A stretch of DNA of 64,000 nt from contig NZ_JAQNDL010000001.1 in assembly GCF_028368995.1 (NCBI RefSeq), forward strand, positions 4,000,001-4,064,000. Direction: 5' to 3'. The stretch is from Nannocystis bainbridge. GTDB taxonomy: Bacteria > Myxococcota_A > Polyangia > Nannocystales > Nannocystaceae. Made by a program: the position numbers and the translations under genes. A model generated the notes under the pieces. That model was given only the letters and a program-made list of their open reading frames with translations, searched no databases and was not told the DNA's origin. Each line of letters begins with the position of its first letter. Position 1 is the stretch's first letter. Below are positions 40,447 to 49,154 of this stretch, in pieces.

Positions 40447-41271
40447 ATGCGCGCGCTGCTCTTGATCGTCGCCGTCCTCCCCGCCTGCACCGCCCGCGAC
40501 ACCGACGACGGCGCCGTCGAGCTGTTCTTCCGCCCGACCGTCGCCGGCAGCTACTTCAGCTGCGACGAGATCTACCGCGAAACTACCGCCAACGTGAAGC
40601 CGCAGGACTTTCGGCTGTTCGTGCACGCCATTCGCCTCGTCACCGCCGCGGGTGACGAGCACCCGCTCGAGCTGCTCGACGACGGCCAGTTCCAGGCCCG
40701 CGGCGTCGCCCTCCTCGACTTCGAGGACGCCACCGGCGAGTGCCGCCGCGGCACCCCGGCCCTCAACAAGACGATCCGCGGCGTCCTCTCCGACGAGCAC
40801 CGCAATCAGCGCGCCGACTACATCGGCCTCCGCTTCCGCGTCGGCGTCCCGCCCGAGCTCGACACCACCGAATTCGCCGACCTGCCCGCCCCGCTCGACG
40901 AACCCACCATGCGCTCCGCCGTCACCGGCGCCCACCTGTTCCTCACCGCCTGGGCCAAGCAGGAGCCCTTCGCCGCCGGCGCGCCCCTGTTCTCCGGCGT
41001 CGGCCTCGACCTCGGCGCCGATGGTGGACGCCCCAATCAATTCGAAGTCGCCCTCGACAACTTCGACCCCGACACCAGCACCATCATCGCCGACTGGCGC
41101 AGCATTTTTAATAAAGTGGACCTCGGCTTCTGCAGCCAGAGCGCCGGCACCCCGTGCGGCTGCTGGTCGCGCCAGGTCGACCCCCTGTGCCCGCAGTTGT
41201 TCCCTCGTCTCGGCCTCGACCTCGCCACCGGCGCCAGCATCGGCGGCCAGGTCGTCTTCAGCGTCGATTGA
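40447..41271 (+). CDS. MbnP-family (metallo-mystery pair) lipoprotein, divergent
   Basis: LPAC lipobox, FSC, DFRLFVH.IRL, GVALLDFEDATGEC..GTPALN, GLRFRVGVP, C-terminal C.S...DPLC..LF.RLGL. Confidence 0.72.
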   Translation: MRALLLIVAVLPACTARDTDDGAVELFFRPTVAGSYFSCDEIYRETTANVKPQDFRLFVHAIRLVTAAGDEHPLELLDDGQFQARGVALLDFEDATGECRRGTPALNKTIRGVLSDEHRNQRADYIGLRFRVGVPPELDTTEFADLPAPLDEPTMRSAVTGAHLFLTAWAKQEPFAAGAPLFSGVGLDLGADGGRPNQFEVALDNFDPDTSTIIADWRSIFNKVDLGFCSQSAGTPCGCWSRQVDPLCPQLFPRLGLDLATGASIGGQVVFSVD

Positions 41272-41578
41272 TCGCTGGGGTCAAGGCGCAGGTCACTCGC
41301 GCGTCGAGAGGCGCTCCCGTGCGTCGACGGTCAGGTGGCGCGTCGCAGGGTCTCACCCGGGCAAACGCCACTGCGGAAAACTGCCGAGGTTGTTGCGCCG
41401 GTCCGGATCAGCCACCGTGTTGGCCAGGGCCTGCAGGAACTTACGCTGATTTGAAGGTATGCGCTGGTTCAGGGCTTCGAGGAGCCGGGTGAGGGTTCGA
41501 CTTAGCCACGTGCTCTTGCAATAGTGATGCATGAGCAGGCTTCGGATTTCACTAATATCCCGGGGGCAGCGATTTAAT

Positions 41579-42916
41579 GGCTCTTCAGGGTTTGTGGTGG
41601 ATACCGCTGATTCAGCGCGTGATCCCGGCAGGATAGAGGTCGAGGCCGCCGAGGTGGAAGTAGATCGCATCTCGGAAGCGCTCGCGGTTACGGAAGCCGC
41701 GGGCGACGTACTTGAGCTTCTGGATGACCGAGTTGAGGCCCTCGGCAGAGGCGTTGGTGATCCGTTCGGTGGCTGCATGGATGATGCCGCCGAGGTGATT
41801 CTTGACCATGCGCGCGGCGGCCTTCATCGGCTCCAGGCGAGAGCGGATGGCCCAATCGTACCACATGGCCCATTGATCCCGCATGTTGCTCGGCGAGGTG
41901 TGCTCCCAGACCTCCATCGCCGCCTCCTTGAGCGCCCACGCGCGGGCCGTCCGCAGCGAGCTCGTCCGCAGCGCCTCGAAGTCGTCCCAGACCTCCTTGC
42001 TCATCCGTTCGGGGTTGCGCAGCCAGAGGTACTTGGTGCCCTTGAGCCGGTCGTCGCCGAGGCCGTGGAGAGCGCGGTGTTCCTCGCGTCGCACGTGGTC
42101 GACGGCTTGACCGAGGCGCGCGGCGACGTGGTACTTGTCGAAGGCGATCTTCGCGTCGCCATCGGGGATGGCCTCGCGGACAGCTTGAATGTAGGGCTCG
42201 TGCATGTCCATGACGACCACCGAGACCGCAGCCCTCTCTGGGCGCGAAAAGCCGCTCAGGAAGCCCTTGAGGGCCCCTTTGCCGCGTCCGTCGGCGACGT
42301 GGATGACCCGCTTGCTGGCGGACTTCGGGTCATGCACGATCGTGACGTACTCGTGGCGCCGCTGGAAGGAGGTCTCGTCGACGGCGAGCATCGACGGCAG
42401 CGCGACCTCGCGGCGCTCGAGTCCACGTTGTACTGCACGCTCCTGGACGCCGGCGACCTGATCCCACGAGAGGCCGAGGCGCTCCGCGACCACTGCGATC
42501 GACGCCTCGCGGAGCCAGTCGATCACCAGCGCCTCGAACAGCGCGGTGAGCCGGGCGCTACCGTCCGCCCAAGAGACGCGCATCGTCAGCGTACCGTGCT
42601 TCGGGCACGACGTCCGCGGTACGCCGGCTTCGATGATCGTCCGATACTGACACGTATCGAGGTGCCGCCATCGACGAGTCCGTGTATCGTGACGGGGAAC
42701 AGCCTGGTCACACTCCGGGCACCTCGTCGGCACATCGGAGTCGTGCTCGACCTCGATGACGATCTGCCCCTGCCCGAGCTGCAGCTTCACCGCAGCAACA
42801 CGCCAGGGAGCCTCGATACCGAGAATGCGGGCATAGAGTTCGGTCTCTGCCATTCGCGCACGGTATCACGGCGCGATTTCGCGCGCAACCCACGCCACCC
42901 TCAACCCTGAAGAGCC
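41579..42916 (-). mobile_element. ISL3-family insertion sequence (1338 bp)
   Basis: Terminal inverted repeats GGCTCTTCAGGGTT (14/14). 8-bp TSD GATTTAAT at 41571-41578 and 42917-42924. Confidence 0.95.
41612..42853 (-). CDS. ISL3-family transposase
   Basis: CPEC, WRHLD, CPKHG, AVDETSF, VMDMH, FDKYH, TNASAEGLN..IQ..K..ARGFRN. Confidence 0.95.
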   Translation of the reverse strand: MAETELYARILGIEAPWRVAAVKLQLGQGQIVIEVEHDSDVPTRCPECDQAVPRHDTRTRRWRHLDTCQYRTIIEAGVPRTSCPKHGTLTMRVSWADGSARLTALFEALVIDWLREASIAVVAERLGLSWDQVAGVQERAVQRGLERREVALPSMLAVDETSFQRRHEYVTIVHDPKSASKRVIHVADGRGKGALKGFLSGFSRPERAAVSVVVMDMHEPYIQAVREAIPDGDAKIAFDKYHVAARLGQAVDHVRREEHRALHGLGDDRLKGTKYLWLRNPERMSKEVWDDFEALRTSSLRTARAWALKEAAMEVWEHTSPSNMRDQWAMWYDWAIRSRLEPMKAAARMVKNHLGGIIHAATERITNASAEGLNSVIQKLKYVARGFRNRERFRDAIYFHLGGLDLYPAGITR

Positions 42917-43120
42917 GATTTAATTGCGAGCGATCTATGGAAGCCCGCGCATACAGGCCACATTTGCGTGAACGATGCCACGCCGTTCCGCACCGCGAGA
43001 AAGCGCCTGTTCGGCGGCCAGCCCCGGCCGTCGAACAGGCGCCGACGACCTGCCCCAAGAGACACCTTCCCATCGAAGCCCGCACCGGCGAGGCGGCCTC
43101 TCACGGCTGCAGCCGTGCTC

Positions 43121-43222
43121 GGGGTTCGGGGAAGGGTCGGCGACGAATACGAGGCAGGGTGGGCGCGAGGCACGAGCGCCCACCCCGACGCTGAACTCGT
43201 CGCCGACCCTTCCCCGGACCCC
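43121..43222. repeat. Long stem-loop (26-bp outer arms, 10-bp inner arms)
   Basis: GGGGTTCGGGGAAGGGTCGGCGACGA pairs with TCGTCGCCGACCCTTCCCCGGACCCC (25/26). Inner arms GGGTGGGCGC and GCGCCCACCC. Confidence 0.85.
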
Positions 43223-43243
43223 ATGCGAGGCGCAGGCGGCAAT

Positions 43244-43368
43244 TCGCGAAGCCCCCTCAAGCACTCCGCGAACCAAGTCACTCCGAGATCGCAGGCACCG
43301 AAGTCGCGAAGCGCCCCATCAAGCGCTCCGCGAACCAAGTCACTCCGAGATCGCAGGCACCGAAGTCG
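43244..43368. repeat. ~62-bp tandem duplication spanning the thioesterase stop codon
   Basis: 43-bp exact CTCCGCGAACCAAGTCACTCCGAGATCGCAGGCACCGAAGTCG at 43264 and 43326. Confidence 0.9.
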
Positions 43369-43750
43369 GATGCCCATGCGCATCGAGGGCCACCAGCACG
43401 AACCGCCCGCGCGTCCCCAGCTGCCGATCCCCTGTCAGCAGGTCTTCGGCAAAGACCTCCACATCGACCGTGATCGAAGTGCGCCCCGTCGCCACCACCC
43501 GCGCGATCAGCTCCACCAGCTGTCCCTGGCGGATGGGCACATGGAAATCGACCCGCTCGCTGCTCGCCGTCACCACCGTCCGGCGGGCGTACCGCGAAGC
43601 TGCCACGAACGCCGCCTTGTCCATCAGCGCCAGCGCTTGCCCGCCGAACAGCGTCCCGTAGTGGTTCGTCTGCTCCGGGAACACCATCTCGATCAGCCGT
43701 GCCTCGCGGACCCGGCCGGCGTCGATGCGCTCGTTCTCAGAAGGCGGCAT
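43340..43750 (-). CDS. Acyl-CoA thioesterase (YciA-like hotdog)
   Basis: VFPEQTNHYGTLFGG..L..MDKAA, VVTAS, TGRTS. Overlaps the nrdB stop. Confidence 0.9.
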   Translation of the reverse strand: MPPSENERIDAGRVREARLIEMVFPEQTNHYGTLFGGQALALMDKAAFVAASRYARRTVVTASSERVDFHVPIRQGQLVELIARVVATGRTSITVDVEVFAEDLLTGDRQLGTRGRFVLVALDAHGHPTSVPAISE

Positions 43751-44759
43751 CGAGCACCACCTGTCCCGTCACCCCGACCTGGTACGCCGACACCCGGCGC
43801 TCGAAGAAATTTGCCACCTCTTGCACGTCCTGCAGCTCCATGAACGCCAGCGGGTTCTTCACCCCGTAGCGGCGCGCCATCCCCAGCGTCGTCAACCGCT
43901 GGTCCGCGCAGAACTCGAGGTATTGCCGGATGTCGTGCACCGACAGTCCTGCCACCCCGCCGCCGACCAGGTCCTCCGCGAATTGTGTCTCGCAGTCGAT
44001 CGCCTCCGCGATCATCGCCTGCACCTCCGCCTCGAGCGACGCGTCGAACAGCGACGGCTCCTCGCGGCGGATCGTGTTCACCACCTCGAACGCGAACCGC
44101 ATGTGCGCGCTCTCGTCGCGGAACACCCAGTTCGTCCCGGCCGCCAGCCCGTGCAGCAGCCCGCGCGAGCGCAGGAAATACACGTACGCGAACGCCCCGA
44201 AGAAGAACAGCCCCTCGACGCACGCCGCGAAGCAGATCAGGTTGAGCAAGAACCGGCGCCGATCTTCGCGCGAATCGAGCCGGTCCACGCCTTGCACCGT
44301 CTCGAGCCAGCGCATGCAGAACTCGGCCTTGCGGCGGATCGACGGGATCGTCTCGATCGCCGCGAACGCCCGGTGACGCTCCTCCGGGTCCGGCACATAC
44401 GTGTCGAGCAGCGTCAGGTAGAACTGCACGTGCAGCGCCTCCTCGTACAGCTGGCGCGACAGGTACATGCGCGCCTCGGGGGCGTTGATGTGGCGGTACA
44501 GGCTCAGCACCACGTTGTTGGCGACGATCGCGTCGCCGGTGGCGAAGAACGCCACCAGCCGCTGGACCAGGTGGCGCTCCGCCTCCGACATGCGGCCGCG
44601 CAGGTCGGCCACGTCGGTCGCGAAGTCGACCTCCTCGACCGTCCAGGTGTTCTTGATCGCCGCCCGGTACATCTCGAAGAACACCGGGTAGGCCATCGGC
44701 CGCAGCGTGAGGCAGAGCCCGGGTTCGAGCAGGCGGGCGGGGCGGTGGACGTGACTCAT
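43737..44759 (-). CDS. nrdB: Ribonucleoside-diphosphate reductase beta subunit (class Ia)
   Basis: WTVEEVD, FFATGD, EEALHVQFY (radical Tyr), VEGLFF, RDESAH, NFFERRVSAY. Confidence 0.95.
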   Translation of the reverse strand: MSHVHRPARLLEPGLCLTLRPMAYPVFFEMYRAAIKNTWTVEEVDFATDVADLRGRMSEAERHLVQRLVAFFATGDAIVANNVVLSLYRHINAPEARMYLSRQLYEEALHVQFYLTLLDTYVPDPEERHRAFAAIETIPSIRRKAEFCMRWLETVQGVDRLDSREDRRRFLLNLICFAACVEGLFFFGAFAYVYFLRSRGLLHGLAAGTNWVFRDESAHMRFAFEVVNTIRREEPSLFDASLEAEVQAMIAEAIDCETQFAEDLVGGGVAGLSVHDIRQYLEFCADQRLTTLGMARRYGVKNPLAFMELQDVQEVANFFERRVSAYQVGVTGQVVLDAAF

Positions 44760-47185
44760 TGGCAGGCCTCGCAAGATTCGGGGTTTTCCAGCGAACACGC
44801 GACCGCGGCTCGCGGCGCGATCGGCTCGGCGGTCGGGGTCGAATCGACCGTCGCCTTGGCGATCCGCGTCGCCGGGCGCGAGCGCAGGTAGTATGTCGTC
44901 TTCAGCCCGCGCTTCCACGCGTAGAAGTACATGCTCGAGAGTTGACCGATGCTCGGGCTCTCGATGAACAGGTTCAGCGACTGGCTCTGATCGATGTATG
45001 CCCCGCGCTCGGCCGCCATGTCGACCAGCGAGCGCATCGGCAGCTCCCACGCCGTGCGGTACACCAGCTTCAGCGCCTCCGGCAGCCCCTCCAGCTGCTG
45101 CACCGAGCCCTCGGCCAGCTTGAGCTGGTTGCGCGTCGCCTCGGTCCACAGCCCGAGTCGCTTGAGCGTCGCCACCAGGTAGCGGTTGACCTGCAGGAAG
45201 TCGCCCGACAGCGTCTCGCGCTTGAAGAGGTTCGACACCTGCGGCTCGATGCACTCGTAGCAGCCGGCGATCGCCGCGATCGTCGCCGTCGGCGCGATCG
45301 CCACCAGCAGCGAGTTGCGCAGCCCGTGCTCGCGGATGTCCGCCCGCAGCCTGTCCCATCGTTCAGGTTCGCTCGGCGTCACGCCCCAGGCGTCGAACTG
45401 CAGCTCGCCGCGGGCCACCCGGGTCTCCTCGTACGTCGGGTGCCGCCCGCGCTCCCGCGCAAGCGCGCACGAGGCCGTCAGCGCGTGGAAGTACACCGCC
45501 TCGGAGATGTCCCGCGACAGCTGCCGCGCCGCCCCCCCGTCGAACGACAGCCCGAGCTGGAAGAACACGTCCTGCAGCCCCATGAGCCCCAGCCCGACCG
45601 GCCGCCACTGCACGTTCGAGTCGCGCGCGCCCGGCAGCGAGTAGTAGTTGAGGTCGATCACCCGGTCGAGCTGCCGCACCGCCAGCGCGACCGTCTGCGC
45701 CAGCTTCTCGAAGTCGAAGGCGACCTGTCCGTCGGGACATGTATTGACGTGGCGCCCGAGGTTGATCGAGCCGAGGTTGCACACCGCCACCTCGTCGCCG
45801 GCCGTGACCTCGACGATCTCCGTGCAAAGGTTCGAGAGGTGCACCACCCGCCCCGGCGCTCCGGTCTGGTTGCAGGTGGTGTTGCAGCGGTCCTTGAAGG
45901 TCATCCAGCCGTTGCCGGTCTGCGCCAGCGTCCGCATCATGCGCGCGTAGAGGTCGCGCGCCGGGACGGTCCGCACGGCCAGGCCGGCCGCCTCGTACTC
46001 GACGTAGCGGGCCTCGAACGCCTCGCCGTACAGGTCGGGCAGGTCCTTGACCGTCTTGGGGTCGAACAGGCTCCACGCCGCGTCGGCCTCGACCCGGCGC
46101 ATGAACAGGTCGGGCACCCAGTTGGCGAGGTTGAGGTTGTGCGTGCGGCTGGCCTCGTCGCCGGTGTTGTCGCGCAGCTCGAGGAACGCCTCGATGTCGG
46201 CGTGCCACGACTCGAGGTACACGCAGCAGGCGCCCTTGCGCTTGCCGCCCTGGTTGACCGCCGCCACCGACGCGTCGAGCGTCTTGAGCCACGGCACGAT
46301 CCCGCACGAGATCCCGTTCGTCACCGTGATCAACGAGCCGCGCGAGCGCACCCGGTGGAACGCCATGCCGATCCCGCCGGAGAACTTCGACAGCATCGCC
46401 ACGTCGTGGTAGCGCTGATAGATGTGCGACAGCTGATCGCGCGGCGAGTCGAGCAGGAAGCAGCTCGCCAGCTGCTCGTGCCGCGTGCCGCTGTTGAACA
46501 GCGTCGGCGAGCTCGGCAGGTACTCGAGCGCCGACAGCAGCGCGTACAGCTCGCGCGCCTCCGCCACGGACTCGGCCAGCGCGCACGCGATCCGCATGAA
46601 GAACTGCTGCGGCGTCTCGATCACCAGCCGCGTCTGCGGGTGGCGCAGCAGGTAGCGGTCGTAGACGGTGCGCAGGCCGAAGTACTCGAACTCGAGGTCG
46701 CGCGAGCGATCGATCGCCGCGTCGAGCTCCTCCGCGTGGGCGCCCACGAACGCCTGCAGGCGCTCGTGGATCAGGTTCAGCGCGCGCCCGTGCGCGACCG
46801 ACTGCGAGAAGCTGCGGACCCCGGACAGTTCGACCTCGGCCTCGACATAAGTGGAAAGCAGCCGCGCCGCCAGCCGCGAGTACTGCGGCTCCTCGGCGAT
46901 CAGCCCCGCGGCGGTCTGGATCGACAGCAAGTCGAGCTCTTGCGTGGTCGCGCCGTCGTAGAGCCCGCTGATCGTGCGCGTCGCCACCCGCACCGCGTCG
47001 ACGGCGTCGAGCCCGGCGCAGCAGCGGTCGACTGCCTGCACGATCTTGTGGATGTCGACCGGCTCGAGCGCGCCGCTGCGCTTCTTCACCCGCATGCTGG
47101 TCTGAAAGCGCGTGCTGACCGAAAGGTCAGGTCGGGTCGGCTCGCCCGCCAGCGCCGCCTCGCTCGTCGTCGTGTCCCTGTCCAT
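44756..47185 (-). CDS. nrdA: Ribonucleoside-diphosphate reductase alpha subunit with ATP cone
   Basis: VKKRSG ATP cone, SPTLFN, SCFL, NQGG.RKG, SNLCTEI, CNLGS, APTAT, KTTYYLR, C-terminal CEACQ. Confidence 0.96.
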   Translation of the reverse strand: MDRDTTTSEAALAGEPTRPDLSVSTRFQTSMRVKKRSGALEPVDIHKIVQAVDRCCAGLDAVDAVRVATRTISGLYDGATTQELDLLSIQTAAGLIAEEPQYSRLAARLLSTYVEAEVELSGVRSFSQSVAHGRALNLIHERLQAFVGAHAEELDAAIDRSRDLEFEYFGLRTVYDRYLLRHPQTRLVIETPQQFFMRIACALAESVAEARELYALLSALEYLPSSPTLFNSGTRHEQLASCFLLDSPRDQLSHIYQRYHDVAMLSKFSGGIGMAFHRVRSRGSLITVTNGISCGIVPWLKTLDASVAAVNQGGKRKGACCVYLESWHADIEAFLELRDNTGDEASRTHNLNLANWVPDLFMRRVEADAAWSLFDPKTVKDLPDLYGEAFEARYVEYEAAGLAVRTVPARDLYARMMRTLAQTGNGWMTFKDRCNTTCNQTGAPGRVVHLSNLCTEIVEVTAGDEVAVCNLGSINLGRHVNTCPDGQVAFDFEKLAQTVALAVRQLDRVIDLNYYSLPGARDSNVQWRPVGLGLMGLQDVFFQLGLSFDGGAARQLSRDISEAVYFHALTASCALARERGRHPTYEETRVARGELQFDAWGVTPSEPERWDRLRADIREHGLRNSLLVAIAPTATIAAIAGCYECIEPQVSNLFKRETLSGDFLQVNRYLVATLKRLGLWTEATRNQLKLAEGSVQQLEGLPEALKLVYRTAWELPMRSLVDMAAERGAYIDQSQSLNLFIESPSIGQLSSMYFYAWKRGLKTTYYLRSRPATRIAKATVDSTPTAEPIAPRAAVACSLENPESCEACQ

Positions 47186-47402
47186 CTCGCCTCCTCGTGT
47201 CGCGTGTGGACCGCGAGGAAAAGCCGGGGCAGCGAATCAGCGCGAGCGGACGCCCTGCACCGACCTCTCGCCCCCGCGGGCGACCGGAAGTCGGCGCGGG
47301 ACGGGGGCAGAGGCGAGTCGCGGGGTCACCGCTTCGCTTGCACCGCGCCTCCCGCGAGGCTTCCAGGTCGTTCCGGCGACGGATGTCTCCCGTCGCCGGG
47401 CG

Positions 47403-47590
47403 CAGGCAGGTCTTCGGGCTCACGAGCTGCTCGACGTCACCGCCGAGTCCCTACTACCCACACTTCCCGGCCGCGTGGCCAGTGCTCCGTGGGGTTCGTT
47501 CTCGCTTACCGCTGCGGGGCAGCCCCGGATTCTCACCGGGTTCCCTATTAAACCCTCGGCGTCTTGCAAACGCAGAAGGTACCAGCGCCG
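47403..47590 (-). ncRNA. Cobalamin (B12) riboswitch
   Basis: Minus strand AATAGGGAACCCGGTGAGAATCCGGGGCTGCCCCGCAGCGGTAAG...GCACTG...GGGAAG...GAGCCCGAAGACCTGCC, upstream of nrdA. Confidence 0.93.
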
Positions 47591-47591
47591 A

Positions 47592-47639
47592 CCGCAATAT
47601 ATGGGGGTGGTCCTGTGGCGTCAACACAAAATGTGGGAG
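47592..47639. promoter_or_regulatory. Tandem NrdR boxes
   Basis: ccgCAATATATGGggg (47592) and acaCAAAATGTGGgag (47624), 32 bp apart, resembling acaCwAtATaTwGtg. Confidence 0.78.
47596..47624 (-). promoter_or_regulatory. Sigma70-type promoter of the riboswitch-nrdAB operon
   Basis: TTGACG - 17 nt - TATATT on the minus strand, immediately 5' of the riboswitch and overlapped by the NrdR boxes. Confidence 0.72.
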
Positions 47640-47696
47640 ACCTGCGCATACGCACAGCGCTCTCCACCGTGCTCTAGATGTCCCAAGAGACAGGTA

Positions 47697-48560
47697 CTAC
47701 GGGGTGCACGCGACCTCGCGGGAGATCCACGCCAGGAAGTCCACGTAGGCCTCGTCGCTCTTGTCGGCGAACTTGGTGTGGCCGCCGTGCATCACCCCGC
47801 CCTCGCTCTCGGCCAGCGGCTTCAGCAGCAGCAGGCTCTGGTCCGGCGCGGCGAAATCGACGAGCCCGCGCTCCAGCACGTTCCGCATCGTCATCAGCGA
47901 GCCGAGCTCGCACGAGCCGGTGGCGATCCACTTCGGCGCCTCGAAGTCGTGGCTGTCGAAGTGGCACGGGAAGCAGCGGTCGCGCCACGCGTACACCTTG
48001 TGGCGAAACATCGACTCGCGGGTCAGCGGCGAGCAATCGCCAGGGTCGACCCACGCCGACGCCGCCTCGTCCTCCTCGCATTTGGCCCCGCTCGGCTCGC
48101 CGCACGGCGAATCACCGGACCAGCACAACCCACATTCGGCGGTCGCCTCGATCCACGCCAGAAACGCCGCGTACTCCTCGTCGATCACCGACTGGTCGAT
48201 CAAAGGGCTGGCCGGGTCGGCGCGGGAGATCCACTGCAGCACGAGGCTGGCCTGCGGATCTGTCAGGTCGACCAGGCCCCGGTCGTCGAGGCACGCCATC
48301 GTCTGACACGGCGTGTCCTGCACGAACATCTCCATGTCGACGCCCGACAGGTGGCAGGTGTTGCAGGTCTTCGGCCGGTCGGTCGCCAGCAGCGGCGCGA
48401 TTCTTTTAATGAAGAGCGCGTCGGGCTCGACGGCGCAGTCGATCGGCGCGGCCGTGGTGCCCGTCGAGCTCGTCGTGGTGCTCGTGCTGCCGTCGGTGCT
48501 CGCGGGCGCAGAGCCGCCGCAGGCGACGAGGACCAGGGCGGCGGCGAGGGCGAGGCGCAC
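47697..48560 (-). CDS. Putative di-heme c-type cytochrome lipoprotein
   Basis: LVAC lipobox, CNTCH and CFPCH, two similar modules (LVD..P..SL.L), HGGH. Confidence 0.65.
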   Translation of the reverse strand: MRLALAAALVLVACGGSAPASTDGSTSTTTSSTGTTAAPIDCAVEPDALFIKRIAPLLATDRPKTCNTCHLSGVDMEMFVQDTPCQTMACLDDRGLVDLTDPQASLVLQWISRADPASPLIDQSVIDEEYAAFLAWIEATAECGLCWSGDSPCGEPSGAKCEEDEAASAWVDPGDCSPLTRESMFRHKVYAWRDRCFPCHFDSHDFEAPKWIATGSCELGSLMTMRNVLERGLVDFAAPDQSLLLLKPLAESEGGVMHGGHTKFADKSDEAYVDFLAWISREVACTP

Positions 48561-48640
48561 GCCTCACGGTACCGAAGTTCGCGGCCCCGCGCACGCGCGG
48601 TCGCAGGCGCGCGCGGATGACACGCACGACCTCGCCGTCG

Positions 48641-49111
48641 TCACGCCGCCGGGGTGAACTGGATCGCGCCTTGCGGCAGCAGGTACAGCACGAACGCTCG
48701 CCCACCCGCGACCGTCGGCGTGTGCGCGCTGCCCGGCGGATACACGCACCAGCCGGCGCCGTGACCGTCGAACTGGGCCGCGTCGGCGAGCGGCATCACC
48801 ATGTCGATCTCGCCGTTCGGGTGCACGTGGTGCCCACCGGCCACCTCGTCCATGTCGACCACGTCGACCGAGAACCCATGCGTCGCCGGCCCGGCCTTGA
48901 TCACCCGCCCGTACTTGATGCCCGCGTGCTCGCGGCTGCACATCCACCCCGCCGCCACAGCCTCGCGGCAGGCCTGCGCGATCGCGGCGAACTCGGGCCC
49001 GTCGGCCGGCACCTCGCGGTTGAGCCACTCGGCCAGATCGGCGTCGAGCGGGCGGCCTGCGACCTTCGCGGTGAGGTCGACCATCAGGGCTTCGAAGCGC
49101 GGCAGATCCAT
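48641..49111 (-). CDS. DUF4863 / PnbB (4-hydroxylaminobenzoate lyase)-like protein
   Basis: GIKYGRVIK, FSVDVV, HVHPNGEID, GWCVYPPGSAH.PTV.GG..VLYLLP.G.I.F. Confidence 0.8.
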   Translation of the reverse strand: MDLPRFEALMVDLTAKVAGRPLDADLAEWLNREVPADGPEFAAIAQACREAVAAGWMCSREHAGIKYGRVIKAGPATHGFSVDVVDMDEVAGGHHVHPNGEIDMVMPLADAAQFDGHGAGWCVYPPGSAHTPTVAGGRAFVLYLLPQGAIQFTPAA

Positions 49112-49154
49112 GGGCGTGCCGACGCTAGGCCGTTTCGCCCGCCCCTGCAACCTC

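Noticed and set aside
48641-49111. Nitroaromatic degradation pathway implied by the PnbB-like gene
   Set aside because: No nitroreductase or ring-cleavage genes nearby, and the family also occurs as singletons.
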